A stretch of DNA of 64,000 bases from a bacterium (GCA_965213685.1 CBDBZY010000031.1:256001-320000); one strand, 5' to 3'; positions 29,394 to 39,336 are shown, counted from the first letter of the stretch. The notes: generated by a model not told the origin, from the sequence alone. Program-made: numbers and translations.

Positions 29394-30857
29394 ATGAAGA
29401 GAACCTTTTTTGCAGCGCTGGTGCTGATGGGATTCGCGGCCTCCGTGGCTACCGCCCAGGTTCTGCCCGGGGCGACGGTCGAGGAGCGGGCCGTCAACGG
29501 CGCGAAGGCGTACATCAAGAAGCACAACCTGAAGGACCCGACCCAGGTCATGCTCCTGATTTCGCTCTTCAAGAACTCCCAGCCCAAATACTTGCGGCAA
29601 TGGGAGAAGCTCACCGGCATCAAGGTCAAGACCATCCAGTACGGCTACACCGACATTCCGGCCAAAATCATGGCGGAGGCCGTGGCGAAGACGGGGCAGT
29701 ACGACATCATCAACCACTTCCCCTACGTCATACCGGACGCCGTGGGCGCCGGCGTCCTGCAACCGCTCGACGCCTACATGGCCAAGGGCAAACCCGACTT
29801 CACGGGCATCGACTCCGGTCTGCTGGCACAGCAGACATACAAGGGGAAAACCTACTGGTTCATCCTGGACGGCGACCACATCGCCCTGTTCCTGCGCTCC
29901 GACATCATGAAGCTGGGCGCGGCCGAGTACAAGGCCAAGTTCGGCAAGGCGCCCGGCTGTCCGGACACGATGGCCGAGTGGGAGCAGATGGCCAAGTTCT
30001 TCCACACGAAAAAGGGGCAGACCCGCTGGGGCAAGAAATTCGACCAGCCGCTCTACGGCGCGCAGGCCTACCGGAGCATCAACTTCTCCTATCGGCATTT
30101 CCCGGCCTATATGGGCGGGCTGCTCTTCGACAAGAACATGAACCCGGTCATCAACACCCCGAACGGCATCCGGGCGATCAAGGAGTTCTCCTCCATCGTC
30201 CAGTACATGCCGCCCGACGTGCAGGGTTGGGGAACGCCGCAGCTGTATCCCCACTGGGCGAGCGGGCAGGCCTTCTCGTTCATGTCCTTCCCCTCGGCGA
30301 TGGGCTACGCCAACCGCAACCCGAAGAGCAAGATCAGCGGCCACCAGCTCGCCTGCCCGGTTCCGGCGGTCAAGACGGCGAGCGGCAAGATGGTGCGCCG
30401 CGCCCCGCAGGCGGCCGGCACCGGCTACATGGTGAACGCCCACGGCAAGCACCCCGAGCTCGCCTACTACTTCATCCAGTGGTTCACGGGCCCGACCAAG
30501 GGCGATGAGGCCATCGCCGATCCCAAGGGCTTCTGGGACCCGATGCGCACGTCGAACCTGACGAACAAGGCCGTGCTCGCCAAGCACACCGAGCCGTTCG
30601 TCAAGATGACGATGAAAAACGCGAAAAACGCCATTTCGCTGCTCATGATCGAGGGCAACTACGAGTACTTCAACGTGCTCGACAAGAACCTGGCCCAGGT
30701 CATGCAGGGCAACGCATCCGCCGAGCAGGCGGCGAAGAACATCGAGAAGGGCTGGAACCGCATCACCGACGACATCGGCAAGAAAGAGCAGACCAAGGCC
30801 TGGAGAGAGAGCGTCGCCAGCGGCGCCTACATCGACAAGTTCGCGCCGGGCAACTAG
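29394..30857 (+). CDS. CUT1 extracellular solute-binding protein
   Basis: GGAGG RBS, signal peptide, WEKLTGIKV, operon context. Confidence 0.85.
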   Translation: MKRTFFAALVLMGFAASVATAQVLPGATVEERAVNGAKAYIKKHNLKDPTQVMLLISLFKNSQPKYLRQWEKLTGIKVKTIQYGYTDIPAKIMAEAVAKTGQYDIINHFPYVIPDAVGAGVLQPLDAYMAKGKPDFTGIDSGLLAQQTYKGKTYWFILDGDHIALFLRSDIMKLGAAEYKAKFGKAPGCPDTMAEWEQMAKFFHTKKGQTRWGKKFDQPLYGAQAYRSINFSYRHFPAYMGGLLFDKNMNPVINTPNGIRAIKEFSSIVQYMPPDVQGWGTPQLYPHWASGQAFSFMSFPSAMGYANRNPKSKISGHQLACPVPAVKTASGKMVRRAPQAAGTGYMVNAHGKHPELAYYFIQWFTGPTKGDEAIADPKGFWDPMRTSNLTNKAVLAKHTEPFVKMTMKNAKNAISLLMIEGNYEYFNVLDKNLAQVMQGNASAEQAAKNIEKGWNRITDDIGKKEQTKAWRESVASGAYIDKFAPGN

Positions 30858-30876
30858 ACGCATCGCGCGCCCAGCA

Positions 30877-30915
30877 GCGCCCGGCCCCGGCGCCTCGCGC
30901 GCCGGGGCCGGGCGC
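30877..30915. repeat. Perfect 17-bp inverted repeat after the binding-protein gene
   Basis: GCGCCCGGCCCCGGCGC-ctcgc-GCGCCGGGGCCGGGCGC, no U-tract. Confidence 0.8.
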
Positions 30916-30945
30916 GCCCCGCGCGGGCAGACGAAAGCAGAGAAA

Positions 30946-31896
30946 ATGGCCCAGGCACCGCCTACCAAACGAAAGAGCCTCTCCGCCTGGCTGGGACAGG
31001 AGAAGGTGTTCCGCCTGATCCCGTTCGTCATGGTGGAGGCCACTTTTCTCCTGCTCCTCGCCGTCCCCTTCATACTCACGATTTACATCAGCCTCCTCAA
31101 GTGGCGCGCCAACCGGCCCTTCGAGCAGGCGTATTTTCACGGCCTGTTGAACTATGTCCGCGTCCTCACCGATGAGGATTTCTGGTGGGCGCTCGGGCGG
31201 ACGTTCTATTTCGCGGGAACGGCGGTGCTCTTCGAGCTGGTGCTCGGCTTCCTGCTCGCCATGCTGGCCTACAAACAGTTCCGGGGCAGGCGATTTTACA
31301 TCACCATCTTCCTGATCCCCATGATGGTGGTTCCGGTCGTCGGCGGCTACAACTTCTCGATGATCTACATCGACTCCGGTCCCCTCAACCAGCTTCTCTC
31401 CCCGATCACCGAAGCCCTGGGCGTGGACCCGCGCATCCGCTGGCTCTCGCACCCCATCGCCGCGCAGTGGGCGATCATCCTCGCCGACGTGTGGCAGTGG
31501 ACGTCGCTGACGTTCCTGATCTTCCTCTCCGGCTTCACCGCACTGCCCCAGCAGCTCACCAACGCCGCGCGCATCCTGGGCGCAAGCCGGTGGCAGATAT
31601 TCTGGAAAGTCCATCTGCCGCTGCTCAAGCCCGCGATCATGATCGCCGTCATCATCCGCTCGATGGAGGCACTCAAACTCTTCGACCTCTCCGTGCTGCT
31701 CACCTTCGGCGGCCCGGGCACCTCCACGGAAACCATCGCCTTCTTCCTCTGGCGGCAGGTGTGGCAGTTCAACAAATACAGCTTCGGCGCGGCCGCGTCG
31801 GTCCTGCTGCTCTTCATGTTCGGGGGACTCATCTTCTATGGCATCTATCTGCTCGTCCGGGAGCGCACCATCGTCGAAGAGGAGCGCATGAGATGA
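30946..31896 (+). CDS. CUT1 sugar ABC permease (MalF-like)
   Basis: GLLNYVRV, ADVWQWT, AARILGAS.WQIFW.V.LP, GGPG. Confidence 0.9.
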   Translation: MAQAPPTKRKSLSAWLGQEKVFRLIPFVMVEATFLLLLAVPFILTIYISLLKWRANRPFEQAYFHGLLNYVRVLTDEDFWWALGRTFYFAGTAVLFELVLGFLLAMLAYKQFRGRRFYITIFLIPMMVVPVVGGYNFSMIYIDSGPLNQLLSPITEALGVDPRIRWLSHPIAAQWAIILADVWQWTSLTFLIFLSGFTALPQQLTNAARILGASRWQIFWKVHLPLLKPAIMIAVIIRSMEALKLFDLSVLLTFGGPGTSTETIAFFLWRQVWQFNKYSFGAAASVLLLFMFGGLIFYGIYLLVRERTIVEEERMR

Positions 31897-32861
31897 CGAA
31901 AGACGCCGACGGGCGCGCGGAGATCTCCTTCGCCAAGCGCTACCGCCTCTTCTTCTGGTTCCGGCACGCCGCGCTGCTGACGTGGGCGAGCATGATCATG
32001 TTCCCGATCTTCTGGATGATATCCACCTCCTTCAAGGATACGGGCGACTGGGTGGCCTGGCCGCCAAACTGGTTCCCGACCTTCCTCGGCGGGGGATATC
32101 AGCCCACGCTGCACAACTACCAGCAGATTTTCAGCATCGTCGGCCACGGTGAGGGACTCAGCCGCGAATACACCGAACAGGCCTTCACGATCTGGGGAGC
32201 GGTGCGCGATTCGATGGTCATCTCCTCCGTCAGCGCCCTGGTCGCCCTGGTGCTGGGCACGTTTCTGGCCTATTCGATATCGAGGTTCAACGTCGGCGGA
32301 AAGTATTTCCGCTACATGATCCTCACCATCCGGATGGTGCCGCCCATCGTCATCGCGATCCCCATCGTGATGTACTACGCCATCCTGATTCCGTTCGCCT
32401 CCGAGTCGGTTCTCGGCTTCCGGGTCAGCCTGATCGACACCTACGTCGGCCTGGGGCTGCTCTATACGGCGACCACGCTGCCGTTCGTCATCTGGATGAT
32501 GCTGAACTTCATCGAGGAGGTGCCCTACACCATCGAGCACGCCGCCCAAATCATGGGCGCCAGCCGAATCTACACGCTGCGCCGCGTGGTCATTCCCCTG
32601 GTCGCTCCGGGCATGGTGGTGACCTTCCTGTTCATCTTCATCCTGAACTGGAGCGAGTTTCTGCTCGCGCTGACGCTCACCCAGCCGAACGTATCCACCC
32701 TTCCCGTGCTGCTCAACAAGTTCCAGAGCGCCGTGGAGGGGAGGCTCTACGGCCCCCAGGCGGCCATCGGCACCGTCATCACCATCCCCGTGGTCATACT
32801 CGGCGTCCTCATCCAGAAGCACCTCATCACGGGCTTCAGCTTCGGCACCATCCGCAAGTAG
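31893..32861 (+). CDS. CUT1 sugar ABC permease (MalG-like)
   Basis: FPIFWMISTSFK, HAAQIMGAS, WSEFL, QKHLITG; ATGA overlap with the previous gene. Confidence 0.9.
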   Translation: MTKDADGRAEISFAKRYRLFFWFRHAALLTWASMIMFPIFWMISTSFKDTGDWVAWPPNWFPTFLGGGYQPTLHNYQQIFSIVGHGEGLSREYTEQAFTIWGAVRDSMVISSVSALVALVLGTFLAYSISRFNVGGKYFRYMILTIRMVPPIVIAIPIVMYYAILIPFASESVLGFRVSLIDTYVGLGLLYTATTLPFVIWMMLNFIEEVPYTIEHAAQIMGASRIYTLRRVVIPLVAPGMVVTFLFIFILNWSEFLLALTLTQPNVSTLPVLLNKFQSAVEGRLYGPQAAIGTVITIPVVILGVLIQKHLITGFSFGTIRK

Positions 32862-32990
32862 CGCGCTCCCCCGTCCGCCGCCGCCCCCGTCCGGGAAGAG
32901 GGGGAAAAAACGCCGGAGAATGCGGTCGGGAGGGAGACCCGCGCGCGCGGAGGCGGGCGGCATTGTTTTTCGAGCAAGGGGGGAAACAAC

Positions 32991-33082
32991 TGGCGGAGAG
33001 GGAGGGATTCGAACCCCCGGTGCAGTCGCCTGCACAACAGATTTCGAGTCTGCCGCCTTCAACCGGACTCGGCCACCTCTCC
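32991..33082 (-). tRNA. tRNA-Ser(CGA)
   Basis: GGAGAGG/CCTCTCC acceptor stem, anticodon loop CT-CGA-AA, long variable arm, GGTTCGAATCC, encoded CCA. Confidence 0.96.
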
Positions 33083-33105
33083 TTCGGGAATGCGCCTCTC
33101 TTCTC

Positions 33106-33606
33106 TCAGCGCGCGGCCTGCCTCGCCTCTCGGGCGAGGCGGCGGCGCTCCTCAAAAAAAGCGCGCAGGACTCTGGCGCTCTCCTCGGCCATCACGCCCG
33201 AGGTTATCGGCACGCGGTGGTTCACGCGCGGGTCGGAGGGAATGTCGAACAGGGAGCCGCACGCCCCGCCCTTGGGGTCCTTGGCGCCAAACACGAGCCT
33301 GGAGATTCTCGCATTCACGATGGCGCCCGCGCACATGGGGCACGGCTCAAGCGTCACATACAAGGTGGCGCCGTCGAGCCGCCATATGCCGTCGGTCTCC
33401 GCCGCCTCCCTGAGCGCCAGCACCTCGGCGTGCGCCGTCGGGTCGCAGGCGGCCTCGCGCCTGTTGAAGCCACGGCCCAGCACCCGGCCTCCGCGAACCA
33501 CCAGGGCACCCACGGGCACGTCGCCCGCCTCCTCCGCCCTTTTGGCCAACTCCAGCGCCTCTGCCATCCACCGCCGGTCCTCCCGGGCCTGCTCTGTCGA
33601 ACGCAC
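33106..33606 (-). CDS. tadA: tRNA adenosine(34) deaminase
   Basis: DVPVGA, DPTAHAE, TLEPCPMCAGA, DPKGGA; GTG start inferred from RBS. Confidence 0.93.
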   Translation of the reverse strand: MRSTEQAREDRRWMAEALELAKRAEEAGDVPVGALVVRGGRVLGRGFNRREAACDPTAHAEVLALREAAETDGIWRLDGATLYVTLEPCPMCAGAIVNARISRLVFGAKDPKGGACGSLFDIPSDPRVNHRVPITSGVMAEESARVLRAFFEERRRLAREARQAAR

Positions 33607-33810
33607 GCTCTCTCCCCTGTCCCCGAATCTCCTCTCCCCGCGCAACCCCTCTAAAAGACCATGAATGGAAGCCCCTGGCAAGCCTGGAAGCGTCTCGCCT
33701 CGACGTCCTTCGTACGATGGGAAGGAAACCGAGGCTCCTTGCCCAACGGGGCAAAACCTGAGAGGCTAGGGGTTCTCACCCATTTCTCATTCTATGGGAA
33801 GGACGCTCCT

Positions 33811-34566
33811 ATGCTTTGGGAAGAGCTGAGTTGGCCGGAACACAAAAAAATGGCGGAGGACGGAGCCGTGGTCCTCATCCCCTTCGCCTCGATGGAACAG
33901 CACGGGCCCCACAGTCCCGTCGTGGTGGATACCCTGCTGTGCGGGAGCGTCTGCCGAGAAGCGGCGGATGGCCTCGACAACGTGCTCCTCACGCCCACCA
34001 TGTGGACGGGCACCTCCCACCACCATTTTGAATATCCGGGCACCATCTCGCTCAGGCTGGAGACCTACGTCGCCCTCGTCAAGGACATCGTCCGCTCCGT
34101 CGCCCACCACGGGTACAAAAAAATATTCGCCGTGAACGGCCATGGCGGCAACGCGCAGCCCCTGCAGGCCACGCTGAACGACATCGGCTACGAGCTCGAC
34201 GTCGCCATCTGGATGGTCACCTACTTTCATCTGGGAAACGAAATCGCGGAGGAGATCAGAAAAAGCGCGGTCGGCGGCATGGCCCACAGCGGCGAGTTTG
34301 AAACCGCCATGATGCTGCACCTCCGGCCCGACCTGGTGAACATGGACGAGGCGGTGGACCAGCCGAACGCGAATCCGCACCCCCTGATGACGAAAGACAT
34401 GCACCGGAGGGGAATGCTTTTCCGCCCCGTGGACTTCAACAGAAACCGCGCACCCTCCGGCGTGTCGGGTATCCCGACGGCGGCGACCGCGGAGAACGGG
34501 AAACGATACTTCGAGGCCGTGTCCGCCCGCCTGCGCGGGCTGATCGAAGACATGGCCGCACTATAA
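33811..34566 (+). CDS. Creatininase-family amidohydrolase
   Basis: EQHGPH..VDT, SHHH, NGHGGN, HSGEFET motifs. Confidence 0.9.
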   Translation: MLWEELSWPEHKKMAEDGAVVLIPFASMEQHGPHSPVVVDTLLCGSVCREAADGLDNVLLTPTMWTGTSHHHFEYPGTISLRLETYVALVKDIVRSVAHHGYKKIFAVNGHGGNAQPLQATLNDIGYELDVAIWMVTYFHLGNEIAEEIRKSAVGGMAHSGEFETAMMLHLRPDLVNMDEAVDQPNANPHPLMTKDMHRRGMLFRPVDFNRNRAPSGVSGIPTAATAENGKRYFEAVSARLRGLIEDMAAL

Positions 34567-34570
34567 AGCC

Positions 34571-35452
34571 ATGGTACGCATCGCCAACGAGTCCTCCCGC
34601 ACCGCCAGATACGTTAACATCAGCCGTTCCGGGGCGGACGACTCCATCATCCTATGCTACGAGGCCGCCGGCGACGGCACGCCCATGCTGTGCCTTCCGG
34701 GGCTGGGGGACACGAACTGGGTGTGGCGAAAAATCATCCCCTCCCTGGTGTCCGCCCACCGCGTCATCGCCATGGAGCCGAGAGGGCACGGCCGCTCCTC
34801 CAGCCCGCGGGGGAAGTATACGCTGGACGAGATGGCGAGCGACGTGATGGAGGTCGCCGCGCGCCTGGGCGTGGAGCGACCCGTCCTCATGGGACACGGC
34901 CTGGGCGCGAGAGCGGCGCTCCTGCTGGCGACGGAGCACCCCCGCTACCCGGCCGCGCTCGTCCTCATCAGCGCGGGCGCCGCGCCCGCCGCCAAGAGCG
35001 TGCGCAGGGGAATCGCCGAGCGCATCCACCTGGCCGAGGCGGGGCGGATGCGCGAGGCCTACAGGAACCGAAAAGCCGAGGGCAGGGAGCCGAGAGGGAT
35101 GAACCCGCAGGAACGCGCGGCGCATCATCGCCTTTTCCTGCGAAACGACCCCGCCGGCTACGCCTCGGCCGGATATGCGGAACTGCTGGCGCCCGACCTG
35201 ACGGGGCGCCTGGGCGACATCTCCTGTCCCGTTCTCGCGCTCGCCGGCGAACGCGACGCGGAATACCACCAGGACGTCCAAACCCTTTCCGCGAAAATCC
35301 CCCGGTGCGAATCGGTCTTGATAGAGGGGGCGGGACGCTACGCGCAACTGGACAGGGCGGAGGCGGTGCTCGCCCTCATCCAGGAATTTTCCCGGAAACA
35401 CCGCCTTTTGGTCTCCACATCCATGGAGGAAGACGATGGGCCGATGGATTGA
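34571..35452 (+). CDS. Alpha/beta-hydrolase-fold protein lacking the catalytic Ser and His
   Basis: RGHGRS, elbow GHGLG, ISCPVLALAGERD, GAGRY at the His position. Confidence 0.8.
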   Translation: MVRIANESSRTARYVNISRSGADDSIILCYEAAGDGTPMLCLPGLGDTNWVWRKIIPSLVSAHRVIAMEPRGHGRSSSPRGKYTLDEMASDVMEVAARLGVERPVLMGHGLGARAALLLATEHPRYPAALVLISAGAAPAAKSVRRGIAERIHLAEAGRMREAYRNRKAEGREPRGMNPQERAAHHRLFLRNDPAGYASAGYAELLAPDLTGRLGDISCPVLALAGERDAEYHQDVQTLSAKIPRCESVLIEGAGRYAQLDRAEAVLALIQEFSRKHRLLVSTSMEEDDGPMD

Positions 35453-36116
35453 TCTCACAGCACCCCTGGGGCATCCGGACCTTTGCGAAGTCCCGACCTT
35501 TCCCCCGGTAGAATACTGGCAGTTTCACGAGCACCCGTCCCATGGCCGCCAGAACAGCGCGGTCAGAATGGCCATACACCAGGGAACGCACATTGACGCG
35601 CCCAGCCATTTCTATGCGGATGGAGCCACGATTGACGAGATGCCGCTGGAAACCTTCTGCGGACGCGCAGTGAAAATCGACTTGCGGGGAGTCGCGCAGG
35701 AGGCGCGTCCGATCACCCGGCAAATGCTCGAATCCTCTCCCGGCTTCGACCCCGGGCGCCTGGAGGGGGCCATCGCCGTCACGTGGACGGGCTGGGCGCA
35801 GGAGAAAATCTTCACCCCCGACTACTTCGGCCCCAATCCGCATCTCGACAAGCTCGCGTGTCATTTCCTGTGCGATTGCGGGATGAAGGCGCTTTGCATG
35901 GATCACGCCATCGACCCGGGGCTACAGCCGGACTCGGTCGTCCACCACGAAGACTCCCCGGGGCACCGGGCGGTGCTGGGGCGGGGCGTTCCGCTCATCG
36001 AGCACGTCGTCAACCTAGATGCGTTCGACGAGGCCGAGTTCGAGATGTTCGCGTTTCCCATGAAACTCTACAAAATCGAGGGCGCGCCGGCGCGCGTGGT
36101 GGCTCGGCTGGACTGA
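35436..36116 (+). CDS. Cyclase-family metal hydrolase (kynurenine formamidase-like)
   Basis: HQGTHIDAPSHF, LIEHVVNL, GAPARVVA. Confidence 0.88.
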   Translation: MGRWIDLTAPLGHPDLCEVPTFPPVEYWQFHEHPSHGRQNSAVRMAIHQGTHIDAPSHFYADGATIDEMPLETFCGRAVKIDLRGVAQEARPITRQMLESSPGFDPGRLEGAIAVTWTGWAQEKIFTPDYFGPNPHLDKLACHFLCDCGMKALCMDHAIDPGLQPDSVVHHEDSPGHRAVLGRGVPLIEHVVNLDAFDEAEFEMFAFPMKLYKIEGAPARVVARLD

Positions 36117-36146
36117 GCTGGCCTGAAAGGGAGGAGGGCGGAAGGG

Positions 36147-36536
36147 GTGCCATTCTACAAGATATCCGAGATGGAAACGCAGTTCGTCGATATGGGACAG
36201 GCGCGCATGCAGAGCGTGGCCGGGGAGCTCATGAAGGCCGGGATGATCACCTATCCCGAAGATGGGGGTCCCCCACCGCATTTCCACCCGAACGAGGAGC
36301 AGTTTCTTCTGGTGATGGCGGGCAAGGCGAACATGATTTTGGGGGAGGAGACCCGTGCGGTCGGCCCCGGAGACCTGATCCACATCCGCCGCAACGAACG
36401 CCACGGCCTTTTGATCCTGGAGGGGCCGTTCTCCTTCTTCACCGTGAAAAGTCCCGCGGGCGACGGCGATCTGTACCAAGACTACAACCTGGCCCGGGAC
36501 GCGGACGAGGCGCGAAAAAAACTGGAATCCAGTTGA
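36147..36536 (+). CDS. Cupin-domain protein
   Basis: PPHFHPNEEQF...GDLIHI...RH cupin motifs. Confidence 0.85.
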   Translation: MPFYKISEMETQFVDMGQARMQSVAGELMKAGMITYPEDGGPPPHFHPNEEQFLLVMAGKANMILGEETRAVGPGDLIHIRRNERHGLLILEGPFSFFTVKSPAGDGDLYQDYNLARDADEARKKLESS

Positions 36537-36732
36537 TTCGCCCCGAAAGGGAGACTTCCGAGACGCCTTGTTACAAAATCGAAAACCTGCCCCCCATGGC
36601 GCATGGTGAAGTAGGGGGCCCGCCGTCAATCTCGCGACCGCCGGCGAACGGATGAAGAGGTCGGCTGGGTCATTTATCCCCTCGGGGCGGGGGGCCGCGC
36701 GCCTCCTTGTTTCCATCCCGACGGGGAGCTGT

Positions 36733-38097
36733 TTATCCCGGCTGGGGTGCTCCCCTCCCCTGAAGCAAGTGCGCGCGGTCAGCGGCTCCAACCAGGGCGC
36801 CTCCGGCCGCCCACCAGATCGCAGTGAGCTGAAATGACCCGACCGGGGTATTCGTCTCGAGCATCGACATCAACAGCCCGGACAACACGATGAGGCACAA
36901 TGCGGCGGACTCGTCCCGCTCCGCTACAGTCGCGGACTCGTCCCGGAATATCCGCCATCCGGTGCGCAGGATGCGCATCACCATGAACAGGAACAACAGA
37001 GGCGCCAAAATACCCGTGAAGCTCGCCCAGCGGAGCCAGAGATTATGAATCTCCGCCCGGCGGTTCCATGGGGCTTTCAGCTCCAGCGCGACTTGCCCGA
37101 GTCCATGGCCGAGCAGCGGCCGTTCCGCGATCTTCTCCAGACCGAACAGGTAACCTTGAACGCGGCGCGTGGACGCGGCGTCAATCCTCTTCAGAGCCGC
37201 CGAGGCATCCTGCATATGGCGCGTGGATTTGGTATTCCATACATTGGATTTCACCCTCAGTCTCAAGTGCGTGGCGCATGATCTGTCCATGTACACAATG
37301 CTTGCCAGGAGTCCCAATAAGATGACGATGGCCGCCAGCCGTCTTGTGGAACGCATAAACGCAAAGGCCGCAACTACAAGAAGGGACGACAACATCCCGG
37401 TGCGGCCGCCGCTGATGAATTGGTTGCCAAGAAGAACAACAACTCCAACAACGCCGATGAATTTCCAAACCGTCGGCGAACGATTCCCGGAGGGCAGGAA
37501 GAAAAGCGCCGCCATAGGGATGAAAACCGCCAACCCTACCGACCACGCGGTGGTTTTTGTGCTGAAACCCGTGATGTTGCGCGCTTCCCATAGACAGGGC
37601 CTCTGCCAGTCCGGGGTCCACCAAAGCGTGTCGACCAACACGACGCTTGACAACGCGGCGAGCATGACGAAAGCGCGCTGGAAAATGACGCGGACGTCGC
37701 CGGCATCCCTGGCGACGCAGAAAAAACACCAGAAAAACGCGCTGGAGATGCCGAGCTTGATGACGAATTCGATCACTTTGAATGGCTGCTCGCTGGCCTG
37801 GACGAACCCCGGAATCCACAGCACCAGGACGCCGGCGAACCCGAGCGGGCCCAGCAATCCGGCGGGGAACGGGCGCCTGCGCTTCAGCAGCACCCTCCCG
37901 AGCACCAGGCATGACGCCGCCAGGAATATGCTCCACTCGACCTTTCGCAGGGCGGCCATGCTGATGTCGGGCAGCCAGTAAACCGGACCGAGCGCCAGGA
38001 ACAGGCTGAGCAGCCAGCTCGCCACCTTGTCCACGCCGGGGACCAAGGGAACGACGTCCAGGCGCAAGCGTCCGGGCCAGGCGATCATGGCGCGCAC
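36733..38097 (-). CDS. O-antigen ligase/polymerase-family membrane protein
   Basis: Many TM segments, SGGRTG, RPLLGHGLG, HNLWL. Confidence 0.8.
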   Translation of the reverse strand: MRAMIAWPGRLRLDVVPLVPGVDKVASWLLSLFLALGPVYWLPDISMAALRKVEWSIFLAASCLVLGRVLLKRRRPFPAGLLGPLGFAGVLVLWIPGFVQASEQPFKVIEFVIKLGISSAFFWCFFCVARDAGDVRVIFQRAFVMLAALSSVVLVDTLWWTPDWQRPCLWEARNITGFSTKTTAWSVGLAVFIPMAALFFLPSGNRSPTVWKFIGVVGVVVLLGNQFISGGRTGMLSSLLVVAAFAFMRSTRRLAAIVILLGLLASIVYMDRSCATHLRLRVKSNVWNTKSTRHMQDASAALKRIDAASTRRVQGYLFGLEKIAERPLLGHGLGQVALELKAPWNRRAEIHNLWLRWASFTGILAPLLFLFMVMRILRTGWRIFRDESATVAERDESAALCLIVLSGLLMSMLETNTPVGSFQLTAIWWAAGGALVGAADRAHLLQGRGAPQPG

Positions 38098-39296
38098 GCC
38101 AGGTGCGCGGAGTCGCCTCGCCCCATCGCCAAACTCCTGATTTTATCGCCCAATAACGCGCTCTCGTTGGTATATGCGAACACGGCCTGCGGCAACGCCG
38201 CCATGTTTTCCTTCCAGACTTTCAGGTCTCCGGGCGTCACGGCACAGATTGCATGCACGGCGTCTTCGATATCGTCGCCCTCGACGACCAGCCCGATTTG
38301 ATGTTTTTCCACCTCCTCCGCATCCGCCGTTCCGGCCCGGACGATCAGAGGCTTTTGGAAAAGACAACTTTCGTTGTATCGATTCGATCGCGCCCAGCAT
38401 TGGGGAGGCTGCGTCTCGTAGCACACCAACACCATGTCCACGCTCCCATACAAGTCCGGAAGATCATCGGGATATGCGTATTCTCCCCCGTATTCGATGT
38501 GCGGGTTTCTCTCGAGATACCGGTCGAATTCCTTGATGCGCGGGAGGGGCACGCCCCGGATGACCGCCTCGAAGCCATCGGATGCGGACGTCAAACGCTC
38601 GAGCAGGCGCAAACTCCACGCATTCCCGATGAGCCCGAAATATCCGATGCGAAGCGGTCTGCATTCAAGCGGTTTTCCGTCCGATGCCGGAATTCCCTCC
38701 CTGCGAACCGCTTTGGCGAATGACGCGGGAACCTTGTTCTCAACGATCAGTGCGGGCGTCTCGACGTTCAGGAACGCATGATAGTATCTGAGGTAATGAC
38801 GCGACGTCAGCACCAACAGATCGCTCTTCCCGGTCGCCACCTTGTCGGCAAGCTGCACAAAGCGTTTCATGCGACCGCGCAATCGCCGCCGCCCGATATC
38901 TCTTATATCGACAACCAACGGTTTTTCCAGCCCCAGGCGAGCCGCCAAGCCGAGCCAAGCCATGTCGAATCGGAAGGCGTAGACGATGTCATTGCGTCGA
39001 ACCACGGCGCGAACCTTTGGCGCACGAGCCAGCACCTCCACCCCCCTGAGAAAATGCGTCTTGAAAACGGTTCGGCCCAGCAGATGGGCGGGGGAACAGA
39101 GAAGGGATCCTGTATTATAATGGCGATTATCGAAGGCCATGGTCTCGACCTCGAAGCCCGCCTCTTGAAGCATTCCGATCTGCCGCCATATCCGCGCATG
39201 AATGACTTTAGGCGTCAAGCACAGGATTTTTAGCGGACGCCCCGCTCCGGGCGGCAGAGTTTCCCCCTGTCCAGCCGCCCTGTCAGACGGATTCAC
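38085..39296 (-). CDS. Glycosyltransferase (GT-B fold, ExoL-like)
   Basis: VENKV, RIGYFGLI, YGGEYAYPDDLPDLYGSVD, SNRYNES; start approximate. Confidence 0.65.
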   Translation of the reverse strand: MNPSDRAAGQGETLPPGAGRPLKILCLTPKVIHARIWRQIGMLQEAGFEVETMAFDNRHYNTGSLLCSPAHLLGRTVFKTHFLRGVEVLARAPKVRAVVRRNDIVYAFRFDMAWLGLAARLGLEKPLVVDIRDIGRRRLRGRMKRFVQLADKVATGKSDLLVLTSRHYLRYYHAFLNVETPALIVENKVPASFAKAVRREGIPASDGKPLECRPLRIGYFGLIGNAWSLRLLERLTSASDGFEAVIRGVPLPRIKEFDRYLERNPHIEYGGEYAYPDDLPDLYGSVDMVLVCYETQPPQCWARSNRYNESCLFQKPLIVRAGTADAEEVEKHQIGLVVEGDDIEDAVHAICAVTPGDLKVWKENMAALPQAVFAYTNESALLGDKIRSLAMGRGDSAHLACAP

Positions 39297-39336
39297 AGGC
39301 ACCTCCTCCACAGGCTGACCCGCTTTCAGCCCGCCA

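Noticed and set aside
32991-33082. Long-variable-arm tRNA as a possible tRNA-Sec (selC)
   Set aside because: The anticodon is CGA, not TCA, and the acceptor stem is the standard 7 bp.
33700-33800. Riboswitch-like fragments (GGCAAA, CTCTCAGG) between tadA and the creatininase gene
   Set aside because: The other conserved elements and their order for c-di-GMP-I or glycine riboswitches are missing.
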